A DNA stretch of 64,000 nucleotides from NCBI RefSeq assembly GCF_041886205.1, contig NZ_CP169029.1. One strand, written 5' to 3'. This stretch comes from Escherichia coli. Lineage in GTDB: Bacteria; Pseudomonadota; Gammaproteobacteria; Enterobacterales; Enterobacteriaceae. The position numbers and the translations under genes are program-made. The notes beneath the pieces are model-generated. The model was not told the DNA's origin. It worked only from the letters and a program-made list of their open reading frames with translations, and searched no databases. Numbering within the stretch: the stretch's first letter is position 1; each line of letters starts with the position of its first letter. This document shows positions 13,934 to 25,148 of this stretch, in pieces.

Positions 13934-15073
13934 ATGGTTTTGCAATCCACGCGCTGGTTGGCGCTCGGCTATTTCACATACTTTTTTAGTTACGGCATTT
14001 TTCTACCTTTCTGGAGCGTCTGGCTTAAAGGGATTGGTTTAACGCCAGAAACCATCGGCCTGTTATTGGGGGCAGGTCTGGTTGCCCGTTTTCTCGGGAG
14101 TTTGCTCATCGCGCCCCGCGTCAGCGATCCTTCCCGCCTGATTTCCGCCTTGCGCGTGCTGGCACTGCTGACACTTCTCTTTGCTGTCGCCTTCTGGGCG
14201 GGGGCGCACGTAGCGTGGCTGATGCTGGTGATGATTGGCTTTAACCTCTTTTTCTCACCGCTGGTACCGTTGACCGATGCACTGGCGAATACGTGGCAAA
14301 AGCAGTTCCCGCTTGATTACGGCAAAGTGCGACTGTGGGGCTCGGTGGCGTTTGTCATTGGCTCGGCGCTGACGGGCAAACTGGTCACTATGTTTGATTA
14401 TCGGGTGATCCTCGCGCTGTTGACGTTGGGCGTGGCATCCATGCTGCTCGGCTTTCTCATCCGTCCGACGATTCAGCCACAAGGGGCAAGCCGCCAGCAG
14501 GAGAGCACCGGTTGGTCTGCGTGGTTGGCGCTGGTTCGCCAGAACTGGCGCTTTCTGGCCTGCGTTTGTTTATTGCAGGGGGCACATGCGGCCTATTACG
14601 GTTTTAGCGCCATTTACTGGCAGGCAGCTGGCTACTCGGCCTCGGCGGTGGGGTATTTGTGGTCGCTGGGCGTGGTGGCGGAAGTCATTATCTTTGCGCT
14701 GAGTAATAAACTTTTCCGCCGTTGTAGTGCTCGCGATATGCTGTTGATCTCGGCGATTTGCGGCGTAGTGCGCTGGGGCATTATGGGAGCAACTACGGCG
14801 TTGCCGTGGTTGATAGTGGTGCAAATTCTGCATTGCGGCACCTTCACGGTCTGCCACCTGGCCGCCATGCGTTATATTGCTGCTCGCCAGGGTAGCGAAG
14901 TCATCCGTTTACAGGCGGTTTACTCTGCCGTCGCGATGGGCGGCAGTATCGCTATCATGACCGTTTTCGCCGGTTTCCTGTATCAATATCTGGGCCACGG
15001 CGTGTTCTGGGTGATGGCGCTGGTGGCGCTTCCGGCAATGTTTTTGCGCCCGAAAGTTGTTCCCTCATGCTGA
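13934..15073 (+). CDS. hcaT: MFS transporter, putative 3-phenylpropionate permease (HcaT)
   Basis: 379 aa, 12-TMS-like hydrophobic profile; adjacent to hcaR. Confidence 0.85.
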   Translation: MVLQSTRWLALGYFTYFFSYGIFLPFWSVWLKGIGLTPETIGLLLGAGLVARFLGSLLIAPRVSDPSRLISALRVLALLTLLFAVAFWAGAHVAWLMLVMIGFNLFFSPLVPLTDALANTWQKQFPLDYGKVRLWGSVAFVIGSALTGKLVTMFDYRVILALLTLGVASMLLGFLIRPTIQPQGASRQQESTGWSAWLALVRQNWRFLACVCLLQGAHAAYYGFSAIYWQAAGYSASAVGYLWSLGVVAEVIIFALSNKLFRRCSARDMLLISAICGVVRWGIMGATTALPWLIVVQILHCGTFTVCHLAAMRYIAARQGSEVIRLQAVYSAVAMGGSIAIMTVFAGFLYQYLGHGVFWVMALVALPAMFLRPKVVPSC

Positions 15074-16345
15074 TTCGAGCATTTTGCGGATCTGCTCCTG
15101 TTGATGTGTTGTCAGTGTCAGGTCCGTATAGATCAGCGGTGGTGAAAAGAGCGGTAACGGCATGGTATAAGGAGCAATAATCAGTGCCGCGCCTCGCGGA
15201 GCGCCTGTCTGCAAAAATGCCTTTACCGACATATGCTTAATGTTGAGCGGCAGTAACGTTAGTTCGCGTAACTGCTGCTCAATCTGCGCTTCTCGCTCGC
15301 TATCATTCCCGGTCAGTAGAATAATCTGTTTTTCATGCAGATCGTTTTCCTGCATTAGCCAGGCACCGAAAATCACCGCGACCAGACCACTTTCCTCATC
15401 AGAAAGATGGACGCCGTATTCACTTTCAAATCCGGCCAGCGCCGCGCGGGTGGTGCGCACCAGGCGTGGGTACAGTCTGGCGAACTCTTCCGGCAGGGTA
15501 TTATCAATACCGATGGCAAACAAACTGCGATTTAACGCCTGGGCGAGGTGGGTATAAAGCTGATCGCATAACCCCTGTTCATCATAAAAACGAACATTTC
15601 CCAGCTCACGAAAATGGTTTACCAGACGTTTGATAGACTGACGCAATTGTCTGTCTCGCTGATGCGCATCACGCAATGGATCGGGAACCCGCAACATGGA
15701 AAAAAGTAATGCCATAAACAGTGGCTCATCAGGCGGTACAGGCTGGAGCGCCCGACGCTGCCAGTGGCGTCCAATTTCCTGCGCTACCTGAAATTCAAGG
15801 CAGGATTCCGCCCAGCGACGTTGGAGCGGATTAAACTGAGGCGTCATTCCAGCGTGGTGCTGCAGCAAACAATATTGCAGATACAGACACAGGAAATGAA
15901 TATCGCGCGATTCAAAGCGTTTTTGCAGCCGTCGGGAGCAGAGATTCACTAACGCTTGTAGATTGGTATCGTCGTAAAAGTTACGCGCAATTCCGCGCCG
16001 CTTCAATTCACTCTTCAGGGCGGGGGTGAATTGGCTGGTAATAAATGACGGACACAGACGGAAACCACGTCGTAGCCAGTGAAATAAACACAAACGTTGG
16101 TTAAGCACTGTACCTTCAACCCGGTAGCTACCGTCATAACCAGTCGTCAGTGTGAGTTGATGATAGCGCAGGATCTCCCGTCCTGTTTCGCTGATATCAA
16201 GACTGGCAATATCATCATCCACACCATTAAGCTCGCTGAAGGTTGCCATGGTGGCGGTCAACCCCGGCTGAAAGAGCGTCAGCAAGATCTGGCAGCGGCG
16301 CTGGGGAGCCGAAAGGACAGATGGTGGAGCAAGCGTAGGCATCAT
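15065..16345 (-). CDS. csiE: Stationary-phase inducible protein CsiE
   Basis: About 426 aa from the MMPTLAPP start; its 3' end overlaps the hcaT 3' end by 9 nt (convergent). Confidence 0.75.
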   Translation of the reverse strand: MMPTLAPPSVLSAPQRRCQILLTLFQPGLTATMATFSELNGVDDDIASLDISETGREILRYHQLTLTTGYDGSYRVEGTVLNQRLCLFHWLRRGFRLCPSFITSQFTPALKSELKRRGIARNFYDDTNLQALVNLCSRRLQKRFESRDIHFLCLYLQYCLLQHHAGMTPQFNPLQRRWAESCLEFQVAQEIGRHWQRRALQPVPPDEPLFMALLFSMLRVPDPLRDAHQRDRQLRQSIKRLVNHFRELGNVRFYDEQGLCDQLYTHLAQALNRSLFAIGIDNTLPEEFARLYPRLVRTTRAALAGFESEYGVHLSDEESGLVAVIFGAWLMQENDLHEKQIILLTGNDSEREAQIEQQLRELTLLPLNIKHMSVKAFLQTGAPRGAALIIAPYTMPLPLFSPPLIYTDLTLTTHQQEQIRKMLESA

Positions 16346-16535
16346 CTGTAGATCTCCCATAAGCATAATTGATAAGAATAGCTAAAGTTTGCTCAGGGAA
16401 ATGGCGAAGTGAATGCTAATCATCAGAAATGTTGGCAAGCGTCACAGAATTTTTCTCATCTTAAACTGTTCTGACCAGTGGATTAGCATGTCTTAAGGTG
16501 GTTTTGTGAATGATTATCGCGCTAGCGATCATGGG

Positions 16536-17390
16536 TTAGTTCTGCGGATTCAACGCGCTAAGGATAAAGTCCACCATCTGTTCGCGATAAACATCGCCGT
16601 GACGATCGGAAAAAGCATCAATGTGTTCGCCATCCGGGATTAGGATCAACCGTTTTGGCTCTTTTGCCAGGCTATACAACTTTTCGCTGTGCTGCCATGG
16701 GATAACGTGATCAGCTTTACCATGTATAAGTAAAAGCGGGATCGGGCTGACGCTGGCGATGTAATTTTCGCCGCTGTAACTCTCATCAAGTAAGTAGCCA
16801 CTGCCGGGGATCATCTGGTTGGCGATGGTTGCATAAGAGGCAAATGTGGAGTCGAGGATCACCGCACGTATGCCTTCACGATCACCCTGACCAATAACAG
16901 CAAGAATATTCGCCCCGCCAATACTCTGCCCGAACAGCACCAGCCGTTGTGGGTTTACATCACTGCGATGGCGCACCACATTGATGGCGCTTTGCGTATC
17001 GTCCAGCAATCCGGCCTGGGACGGCGTGCCTTTTGATTTACCAAACCCGCGATAATCAAACATAAAAACGTTGAAATTACGCTCGGGTAACCAACTGACC
17101 AGCGGCCAGTGGGCGGACATATTTCCGGCATTGCCGTGAGCATGAATGATGGTTGCGATGGCGTTGTCAGCAGGGCCCGTCGAAGAAGGGATAAACCAGC
17201 CTTGCAGACGAGTACCGTCCTTAGCCGTAAATTCGACGGATTCCGCCGACCATGGGTCGGGACCGTAAATTTTATCGTCAGGATAATAGAAGAAGTTGAT
17301 GGCAACACGCGGCACTAAATAAACGCAGAAGGCAACAACAAAGAGAATAAACAGAATTTTGGGAACGCGTTTGTTCACTGGCAGTGCCAT
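16536..17390 (-). CDS. yfhR: Alpha/beta-hydrolase fold protein (YfhR)
   Basis: N-terminal membrane anchor and nucleophile elbow GQSIGG (GxSxG). Start set at the second Met, giving 284 aa. Confidence 0.7.
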   Translation of the reverse strand: MALPVNKRVPKILFILFVVAFCVYLVPRVAINFFYYPDDKIYGPDPWSAESVEFTAKDGTRLQGWFIPSSTGPADNAIATIIHAHGNAGNMSAHWPLVSWLPERNFNVFMFDYRGFGKSKGTPSQAGLLDDTQSAINVVRHRSDVNPQRLVLFGQSIGGANILAVIGQGDREGIRAVILDSTFASYATIANQMIPGSGYLLDESYSGENYIASVSPIPLLLIHGKADHVIPWQHSEKLYSLAKEPKRLILIPDGEHIDAFSDRHGDVYREQMVDFILSALNPQN

Positions 17391-17534
17391 AACCTTTCCT
17401 TGCGACTTCTTTATCATCCATTAATTGGGGAAAGATGGTGGGAGAGTGACGAAAGAAAGTAAAGCGGTGAGGAAGTATTTCGGAATAGCGCCTGAAAGGC
17501 GAGGGCGGGTGAGTGATATCACCCGCCTGAGTCA

Positions 17535-18338
17535 TTAACGCTTCAGAGCGTCGCTTAACTCGTCACGCATGTTCGCCAGCATGGCTTTAACAACACGCGG
17601 GTTACCAGCAACGATGTTACCGGTCAGCATATAGTTATGACCACCGGTGAAGTCGCTGACGATGCCGCCCGCTTCACGAACCAGCAGCTCGCCTGCAGCG
17701 AAGTCCCACGGGCGCAGACCGATTTCAAAGAAACCGTCAACACGACCCGCAGCGACGTAAGCCAGATCCAGCGCCGCAGAACCGGTACGACGGAAGTCTG
17801 CACATTCGTTGAACAGTTTGCCGACGATGTTGATGTAGGTAGTGGCGTACTGTTTTGCTTTGAACGGGAAGCCGGTCGCCAGAATAGTACCGTCGAGATC
17901 GCGAGCGGTGCTGCCGCGCAGACGGTAGCCGTTCAGCTGTGCGCCCTGACCGCGAGTGGCGGTGAACAGTTCGTTACGCATAGGATCGTATACCACAGCA
18001 ACTTCGGTGCGGCCTTTGATACGAACGGCGATAGATACCGCGAAGTGCGGCAGACGTTTGATAAAGTTGGTAGTGCCATCCAGTGGATCGATAACCCATT
18101 GAACATCCTGATCGGTACCTTCAAGTTCACCGCTTTCTTCGGTGATGATGGTGTGCTGTGGGTAAGATTTACGAATCGTGTCGATAATCACCGCTTCGGC
18201 AGCTTTATCTACGTTGGTCACGAAATCGTTACTGCCTTTCTGGCTCGCTTCTACAGCGTCCGGGGTTTCATAGTTTTTGGCAATTAAATTACCCGCCTTG
18301 CGCGCTGCGCGCACGGCGATGTTCAGCATCGGATGCAT
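17535..18338 (-). CDS. suhB: Inositol monophosphatase SuhB
   Basis: 267 aa; IMPase-family motifs (DPLDGT, WDFAAG). Confidence 0.9.
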   Translation of the reverse strand: MHPMLNIAVRAARKAGNLIAKNYETPDAVEASQKGSNDFVTNVDKAAEAVIIDTIRKSYPQHTIITEESGELEGTDQDVQWVIDPLDGTTNFIKRLPHFAVSIAVRIKGRTEVAVVYDPMRNELFTATRGQGAQLNGYRLRGSTARDLDGTILATGFPFKAKQYATTYINIVGKLFNECADFRRTGSAALDLAYVAAGRVDGFFEIGLRPWDFAAGELLVREAGGIVSDFTGGHNYMLTGNIVAGNPRVVKAMLANMRDELSDALKR

Positions 18339-18456
18339 CGGTCTCTCTCACTGGATGTTAAAGAACGGGAAAACGGCGCAGAGTATAGCAGCGAGATCGG
18401 CATCTGTCTTCGTTTTATGATAAGATGCGCGAATAATCTTTAGATGAAGAAAGACA

Positions 18457-19194
18457 ATGCTGCAAAATATTCGAATTGTGCTGGTGGAGACGTCACACAC
18501 CGGCAATATGGGTTCTGTTGCCCGTGCCATGAAAACAATGGGATTAACCAACCTGTGGCTGGTTAATCCACTGGTGAAACCTGACTCCCAGGCGATTGCC
18601 CTGTCAGCAGGGGCCAGCGATGTGATTGGTAATGCTCACATCGTCGATACGCTCGACGAAGCATTAGCTGGTTGTAGCCTGGTGGTGGGCACCAGTGCAC
18701 GCTCCCGCACGCTGCCGTGGCCGATGCTCGACCCGCGCGAATGTGGTCTGAAAAGCGTCGCTGAAGCGGCAAATACCCCGGTGGCGCTGGTTTTTGGTCG
18801 CGAGCGCGTCGGCTTGACCAATGAAGAGTTGCAGAAATGCCATTATCATGTCGCGATTGCCGCTAACCCTGAATACAGTTCGCTGAATCTGGCGATGGCG
18901 GTTCAGGTTATTGCCTATGAAGTGCGCATGGCCTGGCTTGCAACTCAGGAAAATGGTGAGCAGGTCGAGCATGAAGAGACGCCGTATCCGCTGGTCGATG
19001 ATCTGGAGCGTTTTTATGGTCATCTGGAACAAACGCTGCTGGCAACCGGTTTTATCCGTGAAAACCATCCGGGGCAGGTGATGAATAAATTGCGCCGTCT
19101 GTTTACCCGTGCGCGCCCGGAAAGCCAGGAATTGAATATCCTGCGCGGGATTCTGGCTTCTATTGAGCAGCAGAATAAAGGTAACAAGGCCTGA
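18457..19194 (+). CDS. trmJ: tRNA (cytidine/uridine-2'-O)-methyltransferase TrmJ
   Basis: 245 aa SPOUT-family methyltransferase ([22 protein letters not shown]); divergent from suhB and upstream of iscR. Confidence 0.9.
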   Translation: MLQNIRIVLVETSHTGNMGSVARAMKTMGLTNLWLVNPLVKPDSQAIALSAGASDVIGNAHIVDTLDEALAGCSLVVGTSARSRTLPWPMLDPRECGLKSVAEAANTPVALVFGRERVGLTNEELQKCHYHVAIAANPEYSSLNLAMAVQVIAYEVRMAWLATQENGEQVEHEETPYPLVDDLERFYGHLEQTLLATGFIRENHPGQVMNKLRRLFTRARPESQELNILRGILASIEQQNKGNKA

Positions 19195-19217
19195 GGGCTA
19201 AGCCAGATAAGTGCACG

Positions 19218-19270
19218 GACGGTCCCCTCGCCCCTTCGGGGAGAGGGTTAGGGTGAGGGGAAGAGGCCAG
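19218..19270. repeat. GC-rich imperfect palindromic intergenic repeat (Box-C-like?)
   Basis: ggtcccctcgccccttcggggagagggttagggtgaggggaagagg, an imperfect CCCCTC/GAGGGG-type palindrome just after the trmJ stop. Family assignment is uncertain. Confidence 0.3.
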
Positions 19271-19339
19271 CGCTAATGCGAATAATTGCCCTCAACCCGC
19301 CCATGGTCTGGAAGGACAACAGGTACAAACGCCACGATA

Positions 19340-19494
19340 AAAAAATGGCACTGAAGGTTAAATACCCGACTAAATCAGTCAAGTAAATAGTTGACCAATT
19401 TACTCGGGAATGTCAGACTTGACCCTGCTATGCAATACCCCCACTTTTACAATAAAAAACCCCGGGCAGGGGCGAGTTTGAGGTGAAGTAAGAC
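19340..19494 (+). promoter_or_regulatory. isc operon promoter with putative IscR autoregulatory sites
   Basis: Two TTGACC hexamers (about 19391 and 19429) and AT-rich stretches upstream of iscR. IscR is known to autorepress through sites overlapping its promoter; exact sites were not resolved. Confidence 0.45.
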
Positions 19495-19983
19495 ATGAGA
19501 CTGACATCTAAAGGGCGCTATGCCGTGACCGCAATGCTTGACGTTGCGCTCAACTCTGAAGCGGGCCCGGTACCGTTGGCTGATATTTCCGAACGTCAGG
19601 GAATTTCCCTTTCTTATCTGGAACAACTGTTTTCCCGTCTGCGTAAAAATGGTCTGGTTTCCAGCGTACGTGGACCAGGCGGTGGTTATCTGTTAGGCAA
19701 AGATGCCAGCAGCATCGCCGTTGGCGAAGTGATTAGCGCCGTTGACGAATCTGTAGATGCCACCCGTTGTCAGGGTAAAGGCGGCTGTCAGGGCGGCGAT
19801 AAATGCCTGACCCACGCGCTGTGGCGTGATTTGAGCGACCGTCTCACCGGTTTTCTCAACAACATTACTTTAGGCGAACTGGTTAATAACCAGGAAGTGC
19901 TGGATGTGTCTGGTCGTCAGCATACTCACGACGCGCCACGCACCCGCACACAAGACGCGATCGACGTTAAGTTACGCGCTTAA
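19495..19983 (+). CDS. iscR: Fe-S cluster regulator IscR (Rrf2 family)
   Basis: 162 aa; [19 protein letters not shown] Rrf2 HTH and the three-Cys cluster-ligand region. Confidence 0.95.
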
Positions 19984-20094
19984 TAAAAAGAATTCAGAAT
20001 CAGGCCGGGGCGTATCGCGCTCCGTAAACACGGTCGTACATCCAGCCGGTAGCCTGGTTCCTTGCATTGAGTGATGTACGGAGTTTATAGAGCA

Positions 20095-21309
20095 ATGAAA
20101 TTACCGATTTATCTCGACTACTCCGCAACCACGCCGGTGGACCCGCGTGTTGCCGAGAAAATGATGCAGTTCATGACGATGGACGGAACCTTTGGTAACC
20201 CGGCCTCTCGTTCTCACCGTTTCGGCTGGCAGGCTGAAGAAGCGGTAGATATCGCCCGTAATCAGATTGCCGATCTGGTCGGCGCTGATCCGCGTGAAAT
20301 CGTCTTTACCTCTGGTGCAACCGAATCTGACAACCTGGCGATCAAAGGTGCAGCCAACTTTTATCAGAAAAAAGGCAAGCACATCATCACCAGCAAAACC
20401 GAACACAAAGCGGTACTGGATACCTGCCGTCAGCTGGAGCGCGAAGGTTTTGAAGTCACTTACCTGGCACCGCAGCGTAACGGCATTATCGACCTGAAAG
20501 AACTTGAAGCAGCGATGCGTGACGACACCATCCTTGTTTCCATCATGCACGTAAATAACGAAATCGGCGTAGTGCAGGATATCGCGGCTATCGGCGAAAT
20601 GTGCCGTGCTCGTGGCATTATCTATCACGTGGATGCAACCCAGAGCGTGGGCAAACTGCCTATCGACCTGAGTCAGTTGAAAGTTGACCTGATGTCTTTC
20701 TCCGGCCACAAAATTTATGGCCCGAAAGGTATCGGTGCGCTGTATGTGCGTCGTAAACCACGCGTACGCATCGAAGCGCAAATGCACGGCGGCGGTCACG
20801 AGCGCGGTATGCGTTCCGGCACTCTGCCTGTTCACCAGATCGTCGGAATGGGCGAAGCCTATCGCATCGCAAAAGAAGAGATGGCGACCGAGATGGAACG
20901 TCTGCGCGGCCTGCGTAACCGTCTGTGGAACGGCATCAAAGATATCGAAGAAGTTTACCTGAACGGTGACCTGGAACACGGTGCGCCGAACATTCTCAAC
21001 GTCAGCTTCAACTACGTTGAAGGTGAGTCGCTGATTATGTCGCTGAAAGACCTTGCGGTTTCTTCAGGTTCCGCCTGTACGTCAGCAAGCCTCGAACCGT
21101 CCTACGTGCTGCGCGCGCTGGGGCTGAACGACGAGCTGGCACATAGCTCTATCCGTTTCTCTTTAGGTCGTTTTACTACTGAAGAAGAGATCGACTACAC
21201 CATCGAGTTAGTTCGTAAATCCATCGGTCGTCTGCGTGACCTTTCTCCGCTGTGGGAAATGTACAAGCAGGGCGTGGATCTGAACAGCATCGAATGGGCT
21301 CATCATTAA
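20095..21309 (+). CDS. iscS: Cysteine desulfurase IscS
   Basis: PLP-binding [10 protein letters not shown] and active-site SSGSACTS. Start at [14 protein letters not shown] gives 404 aa; the track ORF has a short upstream extension. Confidence 0.95.
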   Translation: MKLPIYLDYSATTPVDPRVAEKMMQFMTMDGTFGNPASRSHRFGWQAEEAVDIARNQIADLVGADPREIVFTSGATESDNLAIKGAANFYQKKGKHIITSKTEHKAVLDTCRQLEREGFEVTYLAPQRNGIIDLKELEAAMRDDTILVSIMHVNNEIGVVQDIAAIGEMCRARGIIYHVDATQSVGKLPIDLSQLKVDLMSFSGHKIYGPKGIGALYVRRKPRVRIEAQMHGGGHERGMRSGTLPVHQIVGMGEAYRIAKEEMATEMERLRGLRNRLWNGIKDIEEVYLNGDLEHGAPNILNVSFNYVEGESLIMSLKDLAVSSGSACTSASLEPSYVLRALGLNDELAHSSIRFSLGRFTTEEEIDYTIELVRKSIGRLRDLSPLWEMYKQGVDLNSIEWAHH

Positions 21310-21336
21310 TCGGTATCGGAATCAGGAGAATTTATA

Positions 21337-21723
21337 ATGGCTTACAGCGAAAAAGTTATCGACCATTACGAGAATCCGCGTAACGTGGGTTCCTTTGACA
21401 ACAACGACGAGAACGTCGGCAGCGGCATGGTGGGTGCACCGGCCTGTGGCGACGTAATGAAGTTGCAGATTAAAGTCAACGATGAAGGTATCATTGAAGA
21501 CGCGCGTTTTAAAACTTACGGCTGCGGTTCTGCTATCGCTTCCAGCTCCCTGGTCACCGAATGGGTGAAAGGGAAGTCTCTCGACGAAGCGCAGGCGATC
21601 AAAAACACCGATATTGCTGAAGAACTTGAACTGCCGCCGGTGAAAATTCACTGTTCTATTCTGGCAGAAGACGCGATCAAAGCCGCCATTGCGGACTATA
21701 AAAGCAAACGTGAAGCAAAATAA
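21337..21723 (+). CDS. iscU: Fe-S cluster scaffold IscU
   Basis: 128 aa; conserved Cys and the LPPVK motif. Confidence 0.95.
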   Translation: MAYSEKVIDHYENPRNVGSFDNNDENVGSGMVGAPACGDVMKLQIKVNDEGIIEDARFKTYGCGSAIASSSLVTEWVKGKSLDEAQAIKNTDIAEELELPPVKIHCSILAEDAIKAAIADYKSKREAK

Positions 21724-21739
21724 GAGTTGAGGTTTGGTT

Positions 21740-22063
21740 ATGTCGATTACACTGAGCGACAGTGCAGCAGCGCGAGTAAATACCTTTCTGGCTAACCGCG
21801 GCAAAGGGTTTGGCCTGCGTCTGGGCGTGAGAACCTCTGGATGTTCAGGTATGGCTTATGTACTGGAATTTGTTGACGAACCGACGCCGGAAGACATCGT
21901 GTTTGAAGACAAAGGCGTGAAAGTCGTGGTCGATGGCAAAAGCCTGCAATTTCTGGACGGTACGCAACTGGACTTCGTAAAAGAAGGCCTGAACGAAGGG
22001 TTTAAATTCACCAACCCGAACGTCAAAGATGAGTGTGGTTGCGGCGAAAGCTTCCACGTTTGA
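21740..22063 (+). CDS. iscA: A-type Fe-S carrier IscA
   Basis: C-terminal CGCGESF motif. ATG at 21740 gives 107 aa; the track start at 21734 is a TTG. Confidence 0.9.
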   Translation: MSITLSDSAAARVNTFLANRGKGFGLRLGVRTSGCSGMAYVLEFVDEPTPEDIVFEDKGVKVVVDGKSLQFLDGTQLDFVKEGLNEGFKFTNPNVKDECGCGESFHV

Positions 22064-22158
22064 TGCGCATACCGATAACCCCACCGTGGTCGCCTGCGCG
22101 TGGGGTTTGTTTTACCTGATTCGCCGTTATCGCGGCGGATCGCAGCCCTGAGAATGTT

Positions 22159-22674
22159 ATGGATTACTTCACCCTCTTTGGCTTGCCTGCCCGTTATCAA
22201 CTCGATACCCAGGCGCTGAGCCTGCGTTTTCAGGATCTACAACGTCAGTATCATCCTGATAAATTCGCCAGCGGAAGCCAGGCGGAACAACTCGCCGCCG
22301 TACAGCAATCTGCAACCATTAACCAGGCCTGGCAAACGCTGCGTCATCCGTTAATGCGCGCGGAATATTTGCTTTCTTTGCACGGTTTTGATCTCGCCAG
22401 CGAGCAGCATACTGTGCGCGACACCGCGTTCCTGATGGAACAGCTGGAGCTGCGCGAAGAACTGGACGAGATCGAACAGGCGAAAGATGAAGCGCGGCTG
22501 GAAAGCTTTATCAAACGTGTGAAAAAGATGTTTGATACCCGCCATCAGTTGATGGTTGAACAGTTAGACAACGAGACGTGGGACGCGGCGGCGGATACCG
22601 TGCGTAAGCTGCGTTTTCTCGATAAACTGCGAAGCAGTGCCGAACAACTCGAAGAAAAACTGCTCGATTTTTAA
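22159..22674 (+). CDS. hscB: Co-chaperone HscB (J-domain)
   Basis: 171 aa; J-domain with HPD (QRQYHPDKF). Confidence 0.9.
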   Translation: MDYFTLFGLPARYQLDTQALSLRFQDLQRQYHPDKFASGSQAEQLAAVQQSATINQAWQTLRHPLMRAEYLLSLHGFDLASEQHTVRDTAFLMEQLELREELDEIEQAKDEARLESFIKRVKKMFDTRHQLMVEQLDNETWDAAADTVRKLRFLDKLRSSAEQLEEKLLDF

Positions 22675-22690
22675 TTTCTGGAAGCTAAAC

Positions 22691-24541
22691 ATGGCCTTAT
22701 TACAAATTAGTGAACCTGGTTTGAGTGCTGCGCCGCATCAGCGTCGTCTGGCGGCCGGTATTGACCTGGGCACAACCAACTCGCTGGTGGCGACAGTGCG
22801 CAGCGGTCAGGCCGAAACGTTAGCCGACCATGAAGGCCGTCACCTGCTGCCGTCTGTTGTTCACTATCAACAGCAAGGGCATTCGGTGGGTTATGACGCG
22901 CGTACTAACGCAGCGCTCGATACCGCCAACACCATTAGTTCTGTTAAACGCCTGATGGGGCGCTCGCTGGCTGATATCCAGCAACGCTATCCGCATCTGC
23001 CTTATCAATTCCAGGCCAGCGAAAACGGCCTGCCGATGATTGAAACGGCGGCGGGGCTGCTGAACCCGGTGCGCGTTTCTGCGGACATCCTCAAAGCACT
23101 GGCGGCGCGGGCAACTGAAGCCCTGGCAGGCGAGCTGGATGGTGTCGTTATCACTGTTCCGGCGTACTTTGACGATGCCCAGCGTCAGGGCACCAAAGAC
23201 GCGGCGCGTCTGGCGGGGTTGCATGTTCTGCGCTTACTTAACGAACCGACCGCTGCGGCTATCGCCTACGGGCTGGATTCCGGTCAGGAAGGCGTGATCG
23301 CTGTTTATGACCTCGGCGGCGGGACGTTTGATATTTCCATTCTGCGCTTAAGTCGCGGCGTGTTTGAAGTGCTGGCAACCGGCGGTGATTCCGCGCTCGG
23401 CGGCGATGATTTCGACCATCTGCTGGCGGATTACATTCGCGAGCAGGCGGGCATTCCTGATCGTAGCGATAACCGCGTTCAGCGTGAACTGCTGGATGCT
23501 GCCATTGCGGCCAAAATCGCGCTGAGCGATGCGGACTCTGTGACCGTGAATGTTGCGGGCTGGCAGGGCGAAATCAGCCGTGAACAATTCAATGAACTGA
23601 TCGCGCCACTGGTAAAACGAACCTTACTGGCTTGTCGTCGTGCGCTGAAAGACGCGGGCGTAGAAGCTGACGAAGTACTGGAAGTGGTGATGGTGGGCGG
23701 TTCTACTCGCGTGCCGCTGGTGCGTGGACGGGTAGGCGAATTTTTCGGTCGTCCACCGCTGACTTCCATCGACCCGGATAAAGTCGTCGCTATTGGCGCG
23801 GCGATTCAGGCGGATATTCTGGTGGGTAACAAGCCAGACAGCGAAATGCTGCTGCTTGATGTGATCCCACTGTCGCTGGGCCTCGAAACGATGGGCGGCC
23901 TGGTGGAGAAAGTGATTCCGCGTAATACCACTATTCCGGTGGCCCGCGCTCAGGATTTCACCACCTTTAAAGATGGTCAGACGGCGATGTCTATCCATGT
24001 AATGCAGGGTGAGCGCGAACTGGTGCAGGACTGCCGCTCACTGGCGCGTTTTGCGCTGCGTGGTATTCCGGCGCTACCGGCTGGCGGTGCGCATATTCGC
24101 GTGACGTTCCAGGTCGATGCCGACGGTCTTTTGAGCGTGACGGCGATGGAGAAATCCACCGGCGTTGAGGCGTCTATTCAGGTCAAACCGTCTTACGGTC
24201 TGACCGATAGCGAAATCGCTTCGATGATCAAAGACTCAATGAGCTATGCCGAGCAGGACGTAAAAGCCCGAATGCTGGCAGAACAAAAAGTAGAAGCGGC
24301 GCGTGTGCTGGAAAGTCTGCACGGCGCGCTGGCTGCTGATGCCGCGCTGTTAAGCGCCGCAGAACGTCAGGTCATTGACGATGCTGCCGCTCACCTGAGT
24401 GAAGTGGCGCAGGGCGATGACGTTGACGCCATCGAACAAGCGATTAAAAACGTAGACAAACAAACCCAGGATTTCGCCGCTCGCCGCATGGACCAGTCGG
24501 TTCGTCGTGCGCTGAAAGGCCATTCCGTGGACGAGGTTTAA
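22691..24541 (+). CDS. hscA: Hsp70-type chaperone HscA
   Basis: Hsp70 ATPase motifs ([17 protein letters not shown]). ATG at 22691 gives 616 aa; the track start at 22637 is an upstream GTG overlapping hscB. Confidence 0.9.
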   Translation: MALLQISEPGLSAAPHQRRLAAGIDLGTTNSLVATVRSGQAETLADHEGRHLLPSVVHYQQQGHSVGYDARTNAALDTANTISSVKRLMGRSLADIQQRYPHLPYQFQASENGLPMIETAAGLLNPVRVSADILKALAARATEALAGELDGVVITVPAYFDDAQRQGTKDAARLAGLHVLRLLNEPTAAAIAYGLDSGQEGVIAVYDLGGGTFDISILRLSRGVFEVLATGGDSALGGDDFDHLLADYIREQAGIPDRSDNRVQRELLDAAIAAKIALSDADSVTVNVAGWQGEISREQFNELIAPLVKRTLLACRRALKDAGVEADEVLEVVMVGGSTRVPLVRGRVGEFFGRPPLTSIDPDKVVAIGAAIQADILVGNKPDSEMLLLDVIPLSLGLETMGGLVEKVIPRNTTIPVARAQDFTTFKDGQTAMSIHVMQGERELVQDCRSLARFALRGIPALPAGGAHIRVTFQVDADGLLSVTAMEKSTGVEASIQVKPSYGLTDSEIASMIKDSMSYAEQDVKARMLAEQKVEAARVLESLHGALAADAALLSAAERQVIDDAAAHLSEVAQGDDVDAIEQAIKNVDKQTQDFAARRMDQSVRRALKGHSVDEV

Positions 24542-24542
24542 T

Positions 24543-24878
24543 ATGCCAAAGATTGTTATTTTGCCTCATCAGGATCTCTGTCCTGATGGCGCTGTTCTGG
24601 AAGCTAATAGCGGTGAAACCATTCTCGACGCAGCTCTGCGTAACGGTATCGAGATTGAACACGCCTGTGAAAAATCCTGTGCTTGCACCACCTGCCACTG
24701 CATCGTTCGTGAAGGTTTTGACTCACTGCCGGAAAGCTCAGAGCAGGAAGACGACATGCTGGACAAAGCATGGGGACTGGAGCCGGAAAGCCGTTTAAGC
24801 TGCCAGGCGCGCGTTACCGACGAAGATTTAGTGGTCGAAATCCCGCGTTACACTATCAACCATGCGCGTGAGCATTAA
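24543..24878 (+). CDS. fdx: [2Fe-2S] ferredoxin Fdx
   Basis: 111 aa; adrenodoxin-type Cys motif ([12 protein letters not shown]). Confidence 0.9.
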
Positions 24879-24889
24879 CAGAGGTTAGT

Positions 24890-25090
24890 ATGGGACTTAA
24901 GTGGACCGATAGCCGCGAAATTGGCGAAGCACTGTACGATGCGTATCCCGATCTTGATCCGAAAACGGTTCGATTCACCGATATGCATCAGTGGATTTGC
25001 GATCTGGAAGATTTCGACGACGACCCGCAGGCATCCAACGAGAAAATCCTCGAAGCGATTTTGTTAGTCTGGCTGGACGAAGCCGAGTGA
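24890..25090 (+). CDS. iscX: IscX (YfhJ)
   Basis: 66-aa acidic protein ending the isc operon. Confidence 0.85.
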
Positions 25091-25093
25091 ATG

Positions 25094-25124
25094 AACGGGC
25101 TGCCTGGGGGTAGCCCGTTTTGCT
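25094..25124 (+). terminator. Putative intrinsic terminator after iscX
   Basis: Hairpin aacgggct-(loop)-agcccgtt followed by TTTT, directly after the iscX stop. Confidence 0.4.
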
Positions 25125-25148
25125 GTTAAACGAATAAGGATAACTAAA

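Noticed and set aside
17637-18287. 216-aa ORF on the plus strand
   Set aside because: Antisense to suhB; no RBS and no family resemblance.
20101-20979. 292-aa ORF on the minus strand
   Set aside because: Entirely antisense to iscS, which has unmistakable cysteine-desulfurase motifs; the product is low-complexity with no recognisable family. A typical shadow ORF in GC-rich coding DNA.
22637-22690. Upstream extensions of hscA, and likewise of der (48623), iscS (20071), iscA (21734), sseB (26566), yfgJ (50194), hcaR (12791), yphC (5986), yphA (to 8479), csiE (to 16366) and yfhR (to 17417)
   Set aside because: The track uses the first possible start (including GTG/TTG). In each case an internal ATG with a better RBS reproduces the conserved N-terminus and expected length of the known protein.
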